Source: Octopus sinensis (Eukaryota). From it: a DNA stretch of 64,000 nt. The notes under the pieces are model-generated. The model worked only from the letters and a program-made list of their open reading frames with translations, did not search any database and had not been told where the DNA came from. Positions 41,052-54,722 of this stretch are shown piece by piece (position 1 is the first letter of the stretch; each line of letters begins with the position of its first letter). The stretch spans positions 60,028,464 through 60,092,463 of the forward strand of contig NC_043011.1 of assembly GCF_006345805.1 (NCBI RefSeq), written 5' to 3'. A program made the position numbers and the translations under genes.

Positions 41052-42299
41052 CACTGTATTTCTTCTTACATGTAACCCTAAACTCTTTTTAATGCCTATT
41101 ACTATACCATATTCAAAATTTTTTTTAAAACGTTTTTTAATCTATATTCCACTATTATTTTTATCTATATTGTATTATTAATATGTTTATATATCTCTAT
41201 GTCTCTGTATACTTTTAGTATTCATATATTTTTATATTTCTATATATTCTTTATACCTTTAATACATCAATATATGTTTCAGTTCAGGCAATCTTTATTT
41301 TATGTTAACTAAACCCGTAGACGTAGGTGTTAATCGTTGTCTGCCTGATTTGAACTTTTTCCATTCTGTCCACTATACTTATCTAACGGCTCAGGTTCAA
41401 CTTAAGTACTTCTACACTTTGTTTCGTAGGAAAATTATAAATATATATAAATATATACACATATACACACGCACTCACACACACACACATGTGTATCAGT
41501 GTATCAGAGAGATTGTTGTTAGTGTTTGTTCCCTCACCACCAATTGACGAGTGTTATTTGTTCAACCAAAATTCTTCAAGACAATCTTCCCACATGGGAC
41601 CCTTTTTGCCCAAAAGTTATGACCGACAGATAACATCAGCAATTTGAAAAAGCAATGGAAACATAATTTTCTTTGTTTGATAAAAAGATCAATTGCCACA
41701 ACACCATTGCTATAATTATATTACTAAAACTGCAAATTATGAGCTATACAAAAATACAATAATTGATAATTACAACAATTAATAATAGTATAATTAATAA
41801 TTATTATAACTGGTAATTAGTTGTAAGTATCTGCATGCTCATAGTTCTGCTTTCTCTTTATTAGGGAAATTGTGCAAGGAGCATTGATTCAAGGGCAGGG
41901 CAGTTGTCCTATGAGGGAAATTATTCAAGGTTATTTGTCCTTTAGGAGTAATTGAGTAAGGCTAATCATCCAGGGGCAATTTTCTGAGAGCTGTTGTCTT
42001 ATGTAGAAAGTGGGGTCAATTTTCTGTGGGTAGTTGTCTTATGGGTGCAAATATCTGGAGGATAATTATCAAGGGCCAATCATCTAAGTGCAGTTGTCCT
42101 TATACCATTTGGAATATAACAAAAAAGCCTTATATAAAGTTATGATAGAAGATTTAGAATTTAAATCTGAACACTTTAAAAGAAGTTTCATATCACTGAA
42201 CAAGAGATGGTCTCAGGTACGAGCTGGTGTCAAAAGGGTTAAACGAAACAACAAAACACTAGAAACCATTGAGAATTATAACAATGATGTTGGATATTT

Positions 42300-42970
42300 T
42301 TCATAAAAGGAAAACAACATCATTCAAAACAGTTAAACAGTTCAGTCATTCGGTTGGTGATTGTCATTATTAAAGCAAAACAAAACTAAAAGAAAAGGCA
42401 AAAACCACTTTACAACGATGGCTAAATGAACATTTGCAGATAACACAGTAAACAAAAAAAGTGATGTGAAGGAAGATAGAAAGAGAAAGAAACTATCGAT
42501 ACTGGTTGAACTAGATAAAGGAAACTCAATTATTAAAATAAAGAAATGAATAGAAATATTTAGTGAATATAACATCGATGGGAAAGAGGAAGTGAGAGAA
42601 ATAAGAGATGGGTTAATACAAGAAATCTTAATAAAGACAATGAATTTAGCAATTTCAAAAACAGGAATTCTTCTTTGAAACAATGGTTTATCTAAAAGAA
42701 GCTCCAGAATATTCAACAGAATATTAAATAATACTAAATAAGGATGATATAATGACTGACAAAAATTGAAATAAATATTTGGAAGACGTATGGAAACCAT
42801 AACAAAAAAGGTATCGTGAATTAAAAAGGAGACAGAAAAGAGGGAGAAATTAAAAGTAGTCAGTTACAAAATATATTCACTGGAGAAATAATCTTGGTAT
42901 AAATGAAATAAAATATAAACTAGGAATTGCTTGCATTAAACTTTCAGCCAGAATACTTTACAGATATAAA
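42300..42970 (+). mobile_element. Heavily decayed A-rich LINE ORF remnant, possibly the upstream part of the R4/Dong copy at 44.3 kb
   Basis: A-rich, Lys/Glu-rich pseudo-ORF with many TAA/TGA stops (...NKYLEDVWKP*QKRYRELKRR...). Same strand as, and upstream of, the RT remnant. Confidence 0.35.
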
Positions 42971-43789
42971 CAAGGCCTTAGCAAGGGATCTCATCAGAAT
43001 GCTGTAACAAAGAAATCTAATATTTGGCTATTTTAACCCTTTAACAGTGAGATTACTTGGTCAAATATAATATTTATGTATTCACATTGCTTTGAATTAA
43101 TCATGCATTAACTAATAGCTCTAAGATTTCAATGGTGTGAATGTTTGTTTTTAGAATGACCTTGTAGGGTAGGTGTGAGAGGCTGGATCTGGCCAGTTTC
43201 AATATAAAATGAGTAGAATATTTGGGACAGATGTGGGTGGGTAAAATGCTTAAGAACTTTTATCTGACACCCCAACTCTTAATACAGGAGCTTTATGTAG
43301 TCAGTCACTTTATCAGCTAATAATAACAAGAGAAATCATCCTTGAAACAACAATCTATCATTGTAACATGAAAAAAAACAACAACAAAAAAACAAACATT
43401 TGGTGATACAGTTCTCCAAATACGATATTAAAGGAAAAACTGGAAAGATGGTCAAGGCCTGACTCTCTTTAATTATAGGTCTATCTGGTCAGGGGAAACA
43501 AAAGGGTAAACATTAGCAACAAAACATTAACTGTAGATCATTCATTTGTCTAGCAACATCATATAAATAGTCAACTTCCATATTCTGACATTTTCGTATG
43601 CCAGTTAAAGTGCAAAATCTTACCAAAGAGGCAGGAGCTTATCTTGCTGAGAGATATATGGATAGAGGGGGTAAGTCCCTTATAAGTAAAAACCTTGCTA
43701 AGTTGTTGTCCCTTGTAAGAGAGTATGACCTGTAGCTTGTGCCATGCTTTTTTGCAGTTGTTTTAGGCGCTGTGTTGCCATGAGCAGAT

Positions 43790-44020
43790 ATTGACACTCT
43801 CAGCCTTTTTGAGTCTTCAGTCAGTGGAACACTGAGAATGTGAGAGCTGGGGGGGGGGGAGTTACACCAATAATCAGCTGGTACTCATTTTCAGTTGAGT
43901 AAACTGGAGCAGAGAGGAACTAAGTGCCTTGCTCAAGACATACAATCTGTTGCTCTATCCAGGAAATGAACTGATGACCTTACGTTCAGGATCCCAACAA
44001 CTTAGCCATAGGCCACGTAT
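43790..44020 (-). mobile_element. CORE-SINE-like element
   Basis: AAACTGGAGCAGAGAGGAACTAAGTGCCTTGCTCAAG resembles the reverse-strand MIR CORE (AAACTGAGGCTCAGAGAGGTTAAGTGACTTGCCCAAG). A tRNA-like end follows. Confidence 0.5.
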
Positions 44021-44289
44021 CCTCAATAAAAAAAAGGAATGGTAACATACAGTTGAAGTAGAGTGACAAACAGTAAACAGCCCATAATTGACTACCAAAA
44101 TGCATTTGTAAACTAAAAGGAGTCCAAATAAATAGAATAAAACTAATAAAGGAACTAAGTTATCGATGGTGTAGAAAAGTAAATACTTTGGAGCAGAAGA
44201 TATAAAACTAGCACAATTTCCAATAAGAATAAGAATTTTCTTGGGGGATTTGTTGTCTCTGTTGCTTTTTCATCAAATGGCTTTATTGA

Positions 44290-45080
44290 AGCAGCCAGCC
44301 TACATTTACATCTCTTGTAAACAGACAGCTTGAAAACTGTATGCAAGAGATGATAACTAATTAGAAGATTCACTATAAATAGTGTAAGGATTCAGTAGAG
44401 ACATTTACATGGATATGGGACTTGAGACGTGTGTGAAAGCCATAAAAATAAAAAGAAACAGAATTTAAAATAACAAAAAGGCAACAAGAGATATATAGAT
44501 ATCTAGAAATCAAAGTACTAAAGCAAGAACAGATATTAATAAATACTTAGGAATAAAGCAAGCAGGCGATATTCAGCAAACAGAAGTGAAGGAAGAAATT
44601 AAATGGAGAATACTGTAGTGGAACCACATTAGTATTACGAACATGACTAAACATAAAACAAAATAGTAATAACAATAATAATTAGTGTAAACACACTGGC
44701 TAAACCATTAATTGGCTACAGTTTCAGTGAAAATAAATTGGAAAGTGAGTGCATGGAGCAAGATAGACAAGAAAAGAAGGAAATTTATGATAGGATTTTA
44801 AATATATCACCATTCTAAATCTTACGTGGGTAGTACGTTCTTACCATTGAGATAGAGGTTTTATTATAGGAGAAGTAAAAAAGAAACTAATATGAACAAA
44901 CAATATAAACAGCAATGTTTTCTATACATATCAAGAAGAAAGGAGGCAAGTAGGTACAATAAAATGATTGTTAGTATAGAGGTAACTGCAGGTAAGGAGA
45001 GAACACTAGACAAAGAAGTAAGAATATAATGATACATGAGACAAAAACTAAAAGATATAGGAATTAAGTGAAAGAAAGGG
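44290..45080 (+). mobile_element. Degenerate R4/Dong-clade non-LTR retrotransposon RT and thumb fragment
   Basis: Translation with stops and frameshifts: HLL*TDSLK / LYARDDN*LEDSL*IV*GFSRDIYMDMGLETCVKA ... KYLGIKQAGDIQQTEVKEEI ... SVNTLAKPLIGYSF ... YHHSKSYV. This follows the R4/Dong pattern HLLYMDDLKLYA...FSxDIxMxFGLDKC...YKYLGI...HHPKS (recalled consensus). Confidence 0.7.
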
Positions 45081-46672
45081 GCAAATTAAACCTCAACATG
45101 GTTGTCAGTATCTGGCAAAAGAGGATAAGGGGCCTGGTGTGAATATGAAAGTAAACCAAAATAAACTTCCAGTACACAAGTCCAAGACTAAAGCCTTTAT
45201 AACACTTGTAGTAGAGTTTATCCACAGAAAGCTACTTAATATATCACACTTAGTGGGAGACAGCTTGAGGACTGCTGCAGGGGTCTTCACTAACAACCTA
45301 CCCATTGACTGTTCTTTCTGTTTTCTGCCCTCATTTCTTTGCAAGCCAGCACCTTCTCACTTTCATCCTTCTCCTACATAATAATGGTCAAGAGATCCTT
45401 CAACTCCTTCTTGAATAAATAACCTTACTGTAAACTCCATGATCTCTAAAGATGAATTTGAATCCTTGATGTTGGTTTTCTACCAAGAGGAGGCTGAGAG
45501 AGGGTGGACCTCCTTTCATCTGGGTGTTTTCTGTTCAAGTGTTCTTTGTCCTCTTTTTGTTTCGACTATCTTCAACAATCTGTCACTTCTCTTAATTTTC
45601 CATTTCCTCATCATGACAAGACAATCAGATAATGCCACTCATTATGACAAGAGAGTCTGTTAGTTCTTGGGTCTGAGAGCAATACAATTTCTTTCACTGT
45701 TTTCAGATTCATTGCTGGTTATACTCGGAGAATCTTTGGTGCTCGCATCTTTGTTTCTCAACCTCCTCCTCCAGGCAGAAAGCTATAAAATAGCCTTTAC
45801 TATCATACATCTAGCATCCAGGTTTTCTGCTCTGGAGCACCAGTCCCATGGCTTTTCTTTCAATACCCACGACGAGACACAGTTCAAGAAAGGCTTGTGA
45901 TTTTTGGATGTCAATAAGACTGGCATATCCAATGAAGACCCCCAAACCACAGATTGTTCCTAATTAATTTGGTGCTTATCATCTTCCTGTGTCCAGTCAC
46001 AAAATGATGAGGAACCAAAAGTCAAAATCACTGCCAACCATCCCCTACCACGACTCCCGCATTATGGCATGAGCCACTGGGTAAGGATCTGATATATACT
46101 ACTTTGCTTTACTTTCTTTTGACCCATTCTTTCACTGGATACCTCTCTCATATGCTTTTTTTTTTGCCCAGGAGTTAGTCTATATTATGTGACTCTCTTA
46201 GACTAGAAATGCTGGCAAAACTGTATTATCACTACTAACCTTATAAACAATATAACATTTATTTTGCTTGTTAAAGTTTGAATGGTTGCTGTTTTTGATT
46301 TTTCAATGTAGTGAATATTCTTCTTAAGTTTTTTCTTAAAATTTTGTTATTCTTTTACAAAGATTTCTTTGTGGGTGTGATTCATGCTGTCAGGTTTATA
46401 ATAATTATCTCTGTCATCTAGACATAGATGAAACCGCCTTCAATGATAAGTAAATAAACAGATTCTTCAAAAATTGAATAAATTCTTAAAAGATCGTTCA
46501 TTCATCTTGAGATAATGTCTTTAAAAAATCCTCCAAAATTCCATAAGGCCATAGTTTACAAATAATCCAAAAGAAAATATTTTTCATTTAATGAATCAAA
46601 GCAAAATCTAAAAACATGGCAAAGCAGTAAAACACAACAAGCCACAACAACTAATAACAGTAAGGATAAGAA

Positions 46673-47757
46673 TCCTTTCTATTATAGGCACAAGGCCTGA
46701 AATTCGTGGGGAGGATGACAGTCGATTACATCAACCCCAGTACTTGACTGGTACTTAATTTATCGACCCCAAAAGGATGAAAGGCAAAGTTGACCTTAGC
46801 GGAATTTGAACTCAGAATGTAGCAGCGATTCTGCCAGCTCACCACCTTAATAATAATAATAATAATCTTTTCTACTCTAGGCACAAGGCCTGAAATTTTG
46901 GGGGAGAGGGCCAGTCGATTAGATTGACCTCAGAACGCAACTGGTACTTAATTTATCAACCCTGAAAGGATGAAAGGCAAAGTTGACCTCGGCAGAATTT
47001 GAACTCAGAATGTAAAGACAGATGAAATACTGCTAAGCATTTCACCCATCACGCTAATAATTCTGCCAGCTCGCCACCTTAATAATAATAATAATGATAA
47101 TAACAACAACAACAATCCTTTCTAGTACAGGTACAAAGCCTGAAAATTGGTGGAGAGGGGGATAGTTGTTCAACTGGTACTTATGTCATCAGCCCAAAGG
47201 ATAGAAGGCAAATGCAATCTTGCTAGAATTTGAACACAGAACGTTAAGATAAATGAAATGCCACTAAGCATTTTGTCTACTTTGCTAATGATGATGATGA
47301 TGATGATGACAACATTTATGAAAATTGATGTAACTCTTCATGCAGGAAGATATAAAATAAGAAGAGTGCAACACAGTTTGTAATAAATAGAGATTGACTT
47401 TGTTTATTGAACTGAACAATATTTCAACTGTCTTTCTATCTTCTTAAGCTTCAAATTGAAAAAAGAAAAAAGGTCAGATATACAGAAATTCAAAATCTGG
47501 ACTGGAATACTCCGGAATAACTGGTTACCAGTTATGTAAAAGTGAAAATAGATAACAATCATTTTTTTTTTGTTTCTAAAAAAGGGATATGAAATATTCC
47601 AGTTCAAATCAGGAATTTCTGTATATTTTACGTTTTTCATTTTAAACCTGAGAAAGACAGACATATTGTCAAAATATTGCTCAATTCAATAACCAGACTC
47701 AATCTCTGTTTATTACAAATTGTATCACACTCTTACTGTTATGTAATGATGATGATG

Positions 47758-47815
<58 letters not shown>

Positions 47816-48264
47816 CCTTTCTACAATAGGCACAAGGCCTGACATTTTGGGGTGGGGGATAGTTGATTACATTGACCCCAGTACGCAACTGGTACTTAAT
47901 TTATTGACCCCGAAAGGATGAAAGACAAAATCGACCTCAGTGGAATTGGAACTCAGAGTGTAGTGGCAGACAAAATACCGCTAAGCATTTCACCCGGCGT
48001 GCTAAAGATTCTGCCAGCTTGCAGCCTAATGATAGTAGTAATAATAATGACTTCAAATTTTGGCACAAGACCAGCAATTCTGAGGGAGGGGTAAGTCGCT
48101 TATCATCAAAACCAGTGCTCAATTGGTACTTATTATACTGACCACAAGAATGCAAAAAAGCAAACTCAATTTCAATAGAATTTGAACTTAGAAAGTTGAA
48201 GATGGATGAAATACTGCTAAGCATTTTTGCCCAGCAGCCTAACAATTCAACCAACTCACCACCT

Positions 48265-48300
<36 letters not shown>
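46673..48300 (-). mobile_element. Cluster of five tail-B SINEs in (AAT)n/(TAC)n spacers
   Basis: Copies at ~46673-46847, 46864-47079, 47115-47290, 47816-48027 and 48052-48263, all in the same orientation. Two more at ~52335-52545 and ~52630-52830, and one at ~16375-16600. Confidence 0.8.
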
Positions 48301-48599
48301 TACTGCTACTAATAATAATGATAATAACTTCTTATATAAAGTATGAGGCCAATAATTTGAGGGAGAGAAATACTCCACGATATCAACCCCAGTATTTGAC
48401 TCGTACCATATTTTATAATCTCTGGAAAGTCACAATTCAATATTTGCTACCCGCACGACCATTTTCACCAGTGTCACAGTACCAGAGCTTGCATCTGCAG
48501 TTTCCATGCGTGCTGCAGCTCTCCTCTACTTGACCAAGCTTTGTGAAGCTGCTGACTGACACCACCTTCTGCTGCATGATACTCAATTAGAGGAGGTAA

Positions 48600-49300
48600 A
48601 TTACACACATCTGAAGAGGTTAACAAAATTAAATGGATGCCAATGAGAGATTGCTGTAAAGACCTATCGTTAATTTACAGGTCACGGTTGAAAGTTGATG
48701 TTGCTTAGTTTCAATTGGCACTGACCAAACAGACCTATTGTCAAAAGCATTCCAGTCGTGACCATCCAGACTTTTATTCAAATATAGTGTAGCTTGGACT
48801 ACATTATCCAACATGGTTTGAGAGAGATTTGATAGCAATTCTTAGCGATATGAGGAACTAGAGAGAGATCTTCTAAGCTGAAGCTAGCAGAAGCAGAGAG
48901 AAAAGCCTGGCAGGGCATGTGCTGACAACTGAAATGCATTCAGGTGTTCCATATTCATGGAGATCAGAATTGCTGAAAGATAGCATCAAAGATGAGTAGA
49001 TATATTGAACGTAAGATGATAAAATGAATAATACTGAAAAAGAAGTATGGATGGACAAAACAATATTAAATGTCTATTACTGGTTAAACTACTGCACTAA
49101 AGTGGTTTTGGATACAGCGGTTTATGAGACAGCTATGAACCACATTTATACGTGGATATTCTTTACAACTTCTTGCTTAAAGTAATAACAACTTTGTCTA
49201 TTCACTTAGTAGAGATGCTTGATGAAAATGGGAGTAGATAAATGTGCAAAGATCACCCTGAAGAAGGGGAAAACATATGACATGATACATGGTTAAATAA
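48600..49300 (+). mobile_element. Second degenerate R4/Dong-clade RT fragment
   Basis: Decayed motifs HSGVPYSW (cf. FDSVPHSW), SGFGY...HLYVD and MKMGVDKCAKITLKKGK (cf. MEFGLDKCAKxxxKKGK). It overlaps the 44.3 kb fragment in RT coordinates, so it is a separate copy. Confidence 0.65.
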
Positions 49301-49336
49301 AGATAGTGAAATCAAAGATTAGATCAAAGTCAGCCC

Positions 49337-49375
<39 letters not shown>

Positions 49376-49378
<3 letters not shown>

Positions 49379-50109
49379 TAACTAAGCAGGTCTTGGATAC
49401 AACGTCATTCAAGAAAAAAGTAAAAAATTCAAGCAAGAAATTTATGTACTTAAGATAGAAATAAATGCCAAGAATAAAAGAGATGAGTGTTAACCTATTA
49501 ACTATATTAATAATAAGTTATACTTTTAATGTAATAAATTGCAATATCAATACATGACAGTGGTAAGAGAGCGTAAAAGGGAAAAAAAAAGCAGATGAAA
49601 ATAATGACATACAAAAATCACCACCCAAAAGCAGGCACTAACAAATTATATTATCGTGGGTAAAAGAAATAGATTTCTACCTTTAGAAATTTATTATAAG
49701 ATAGCTATTGTAAGTTAAGTATATGTGTGTATATATATATATATATTATATATATATATATATATATTAATAACTAAGCAGGTCTTGGATACAACGTCAT
49801 TCAAGAAAAAAGTAAAAATTCAAGCAAGAAATTTATGTACTTAAGATAGAAATAAATGCCAAGAATAAAAGAGATGAGTGTTAACCTATTAACTATATTA
49901 ATAATAAGTTATACTTTTAATGTAATAAATTGCAATATCAATACATGACAGTGGTAAGAGAGCGTAAAAGGGAAAAAAAAAGCAGATGAAAATAATGGCA
50001 TACAAAAATCACCACCCAAAAGCAGGCACTAACAAATTATATTATCGTGGGTAAAAGAAATAGATTTCTACCTTTAGAAATTTATTATAAGATAGCTATT
50101 GTAAGTTAA

Positions 50110-50121
<12 letters not shown>
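49376..50121. repeat. Near-identical 392-bp tandem duplication
   Basis: 49376-49730 and 49768-50121 differ by one A-run length and one A/G. Units are bounded by (TA)n. Confidence 0.92.
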
Positions 50122-50192
<71 letters not shown>

Positions 50193-51707
50193 GAATAGCC
50201 ATAAGTTAATGCTGATAACCAGGGAACACAAAAATGTAAGAAATATCCTGTATTTTGTGAGAGACAAACAATAAAAAGACAAATATTTCTACAACACTCC
50301 AGAACACCATGACACCCACAGTCATGGTAAAGCCTATCTGGTTCAGAAGTTTATTGCATAATCAAGTGGATTCGGGTTCATTAGCTTGGGGGCCAACCAA
50401 AGCCATGCGAGTTGATTTGGTACACAGAAACTGAAAGAAGCCCATGACGTATACATACATGTATACACACTTTTCTGTGAGTGTATGTGTGTGTTCCTAC
50501 CTGTCTTGACATCACCTGATGGTTCTAAATGAGTATTACTGTCATGCAGGTGGTGTCACTTGTTCCCCATCCCTGGTGAAATGTTTGGCTATGAAGAGAC
50601 ATTACCTTATTTGGAAACATCTGAGAGTGTTAGTGACATGAAAGGAATCTGGCTGTGGGAAATCTTCCTCAATAAAATCTGTCTGACCAATACAAGCACG
50701 TAAAAAGCAAATGATAAATCAAAAGTGGCTTCCATGCTGGTGGCACGTAAAAAGCACCATCCGAACGTGAACAATGCCAGTGCCTCCTGACTGGCCCCCC
50801 GTGCCAGTGACACATAAAAAGCACCATCCGAACGTGATTGATGCCAGGCATGCCTGACTGGCTCCTGTGCTGGTGGCATGTAAAAAGCAGCCACTACACT
50901 CACGGAGTGGTTGGTGTTAGGAAGAGCCTCCACCTGTAGAAACATTGCCAGATCAGATTGGAGCCTGGTGCAGCCTTCTGGCTTGCCAGTCCCCAGTCAA
51001 ACCGTCCAACCCATGCCAGCATGGAAAGCAGATGTTATACGATGATGATGATGATGATGATGATGATATATATTCTTTTAATTCTTTTACTTGCTTCAGT
51101 CATTTGACTGCGGCCATGCTGGAGCACCACCATTAGCCAAACAAACTGATCCTAAGACTTATTCTTTGTAAGCCTAGTACTTATTCTATTGGTGTCTTTT
51201 GCTGAACTGCTAAGTTACAGGGTCACAAACACACCAACATTGGTTGTCAAGTGATGGTGGGGGGACAAACACACAGACACACCCACAAATATATATACAA
51301 TGGGGTTCTTTCAGTTTCCATCTGCCAAATCCACTCACAAGGGTTTGGTCGGCCCAGGGCCACAGTAGAAGACACATGCCAAAGGTGCAATGCAGTGGGA
51401 CTGAACCTGGAACCATGTGGTTGGGAAGCAAGCTTCTTACCACAAAATCACTTGCATGACAGTAATACTCATATATTTGTGTGGGTGGGGGTGATATCTT
51501 TGTGTTTGTGTATGTCCCCCACGAATGCTTGACAACTGGTGTTCTTGTGTTTACATCCCCATAACTTAGCAGTTCAGTAAAAGAGACTGATAGAATACAT
51601 AACCATTTTATAAAAATAAAAAAAAGGAAAAATACAGGCATTGATTCATTTGGCTAAAAATTCTGCTGAGTGATGCCCTAGCTGGGCTCCAGTCTAATGA
51701 CTGAAAC

Positions 51708-51749
<42 letters not shown>

Positions 51750-51798
51750 ACATATGTGTGTGTGTTTGTTTATATATGTGTGTGTGTGAGTATATGTA

Positions 51799-51837
<39 letters not shown>

Positions 51838-53418
51838 ATATATAAACAAATGCCTTTTAAACATGGGACTGATGGGTCAGGAATGACTTAGGCTGAACAA
51901 CAATATCCCCGCCCACTTCCATACAGTCTAGACAAAAAACAAAACAACAAAAAAACAAAACAACATATACAGAAAATTAGCAGCAGTATCAATCACCTCA
52001 TTAGCTGCTGAACAGTGCCGGGATGTAAGCGATCAATGATAAGTGCAGAAGAACGGCGACTGTTGCATTGTAACAAAGTCCACTTTGTTGGCTTCTACAG
52101 ACGTAGGCTGTTCAGTGGAGTGAGTGCATTTCAGACTTAATTATGCAATTAACGAATGTGTGTAGAAACGCAAAGTATGGTTCTTTGTTAGGTGGAGAAG
52201 ACCCAGTTTATCTGAACGATAGGTCTCTAAGTTGTACCTCATTATTAGACCCGTATGCCAAGGGTGTGTTCAATCTGAGATTACTTGGGGTTACATAACA
52301 GTTATAACACAAATTATGTAGTGCACACTGCTAATATTGGTTCCAAATTTTGCCACAAGGGCAGCAATTTTGGAGAAAGGGCCAAGTTGATTACATTGAC
52401 TCCAGTGTTCAACTGGTACTGATTTTATCAACCCCGAAAGGATGAAAGGTAAAGTTGACCCCAGTGGCATTTGAACCCAGGACATAAAGACAGATAAAAT
52501 GCTGCTAAGCATTTTACCCAAAACACTAATGATGCTGACCATTAACTGCCCTAAAGACCCTCAGATAACATCAGTAGAACAGAAAAGAGAGCTGGAGCTA
52601 ATTAACAACGAAAACACTAATATCAGTTTCACATTTTGGCACAAGACCTGCAGTTATGAGGGGAGGGGTTAAGTCGATTACATCGACCCCAGTGTTCAAC
52701 TGGTACTTATTTTATCAACCCTAGAAGGATGAAAGGTGAAGTCAATCTTAGTGGAATTTGAATTCATTTAGAACATAAATACAAATGAAATGCTGCTAAG
52801 CAGTTTCCTCAGAATACCAACAATACTACCAGCCCCCCCCCCCAACTCACAGCAACAATACTAATCTCAAGCGAACCGCTATGAGATCACTAATCTGGAT
52901 AAACTCAACCATCCAATTTCTTTTAAATTCCACTTGTCATAACAAAAGTGGTCATGTTTGATAATGTAGACTGTGGTATGTGATACAAGTGAGCAAGACA
53001 GCTTTGGCAGACGACCTCTTTTGTCCATTGCTCTGTTCCATCAGATTTAATCTTAGGTTAAATGGCAAAACAGAATTTTTAAAAAAGTGCAACAGGTGCC
53101 GGTGTGGCTGAGTGGCAAGAAGCTTTGCTTCCCAACCACATGATTCAGGAGTTCTGTCTCGCAGCATGGCACCTTAGGCAAGTGTCTTGTACCATAGCCT
53201 TGGGCTGACCAAAACCTTGTGAGTGGATTTGGCAGATGGAAACTGAAAGAAGCTCACCGTGTATACATATGTGCATGCATGTGTGTGTATTTCTGTTTTT
53301 GTTTGTCCTCCACCATAGCTAGAAATACTGGGGTTGATTTGTTTGGCTCATATTCTTCAAGGTGGTGCCCCAGCATGGCCATGGTCTAATGACTGAAACA
53401 AGAAAAAGATGCCCTTCA

Positions 53419-53782
53419 TTACCTCTGCCTTAGCAAAGGCGGAGGTATTGTTTTCAGTTGTTTTGTTTGTCTGTCTGTGGACAAGGTGTCTCAAGAACTG
53501 CTGGATGGATTCGTATGAAACTTTCAGGGATATTTGGCCTCATGACTGACACAAACTGATTAGATTTTGGGATCAATCTGGTACCAGACAAGGATTCTGG
53601 ATTATTTCTCCTGTTTTTCACTTAATTTATGAGAGTGGTCGGGTTCATTTTTAGTATTCTCGTTTATGAGAGCGGTTGAGTTTATTTCAGATATTCTCAA
53701 TTTAAAAATCATCTCTGGCTAATTATTGAGAGGACATTGGTGTTGCCTTGGTGGAGGTTTGCGTTCTCTGAGTGCTCTTGTT
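53419..53782 (+). mobile_element. Helentron-associated non-autonomous element (HINE/DINE-1-like)
   Basis: TT-ACCTCTGCCTT-agca-AAGGCGGAGGT (5' subTIR plus inverted copy), then a GTTT/GTCT microsatellite, 3' subTIR GCCTTGGTGGAGGT (53745-58), terminal hairpin GCGTTC-TCT-GAGTGC (53761-75), ending in TT. Confidence 0.75.
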
Positions 53783-53789
53783 AATATTG

Positions 53790-54480
53790 CTCTAACTTTC
53801 CCAGCTTCAACCAAAACTAGCTTCATCATGTTGTAGCCTCTTCACCTTCCTTGTAGCAATTTCTAACAATACTGCTACGTCACTTACAAGAGATAATGTC
53901 TTACTGCACAGGAGTGGGGAATATAAGCAACAGGGTTCCAGTGCTGTGTAAATCATAGGCTCTCGGTGGTGTGAAAAGTAAAACCAGTCTTCGCAATATT
54001 TTAATGAAGAGCATAGGGTAAAACCAAACAATGGAAAAGATCATTGCACGGAAACCTTCTGTACTTATAGCACCACCAATGCCATCCATGGAACAACAGA
54101 TGTGTGGACTCATCTCATTATTTGGCAGATAATCCAGCTGCTGTAGATGTTCTCATTGAGATCTAACAACATATACCTAGCCCAAGCTAAGTAAATTTAA
54201 AATCTACATACAGTGAAGAGCATTGTGGTTTGTTTGAAGCATTGTAGTACAGAAAGTTGAAAAAACCTTTATATTTTAGGTGCAAAGGCCTTTCTACTGG
54301 CACAAGCACCAGACTATCCAAAATATCAAAATCTATGTAAATACACATTTCTTTGACTGTATTCTTCTGAAAATAGGCCTTTGTAACATAAAGGTTTTTG
54401 AAAACTTTTAGCATTGTAAGATTTCCTTATTTCTCTTTTCACTCATTCTTCTTCTTCTGTATTTGGCATTTTCTTTGAAG
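53790..54480 (-). mobile_element. Decayed LINE RT remnant (RTE-like)
   Basis: Broken frames MCIYIDF..., DGIGGAISTEGF...YPMLFIKILRR and VSDVAVLLEIATRKVKRLQHDEASFG occur in the order expected for the RT motifs xFIDFxKAFD / GVRQG..SPxLF / ADDxxLL...EAxxxGL. Confidence 0.4.
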
Positions 54481-54722
54481 ACAAATAAATGAGTGGAAAA
54501 CCAGTGAAGAACCACATATTCAGCAGGGGGAAGCAGGCCTATTGTAAACTATATCAGCTCTATAACTGACTGCTTTTTATCAGAAGAACCAGGAACTTGA
54601 AGATTTTGGTGACGGTCTGCATCAGCAAAAAATTAATCCATAAGAGATTTCATACAATTCAATAAGTTTGATTACCATGGTGATTGGTGTTAGCTAAAGT
54701 TTCAGAATTTCACTCATCAACT

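Noticed and set aside
54270-54330. Plus-strand exon-like stretch ttttag|GAKAFLLAQAPDYPKYQNL|gtaaat
   Set aside because: No partner exons found, and the opposite strand reads as a decayed LINE RT. Chance splice-like sites are common here.
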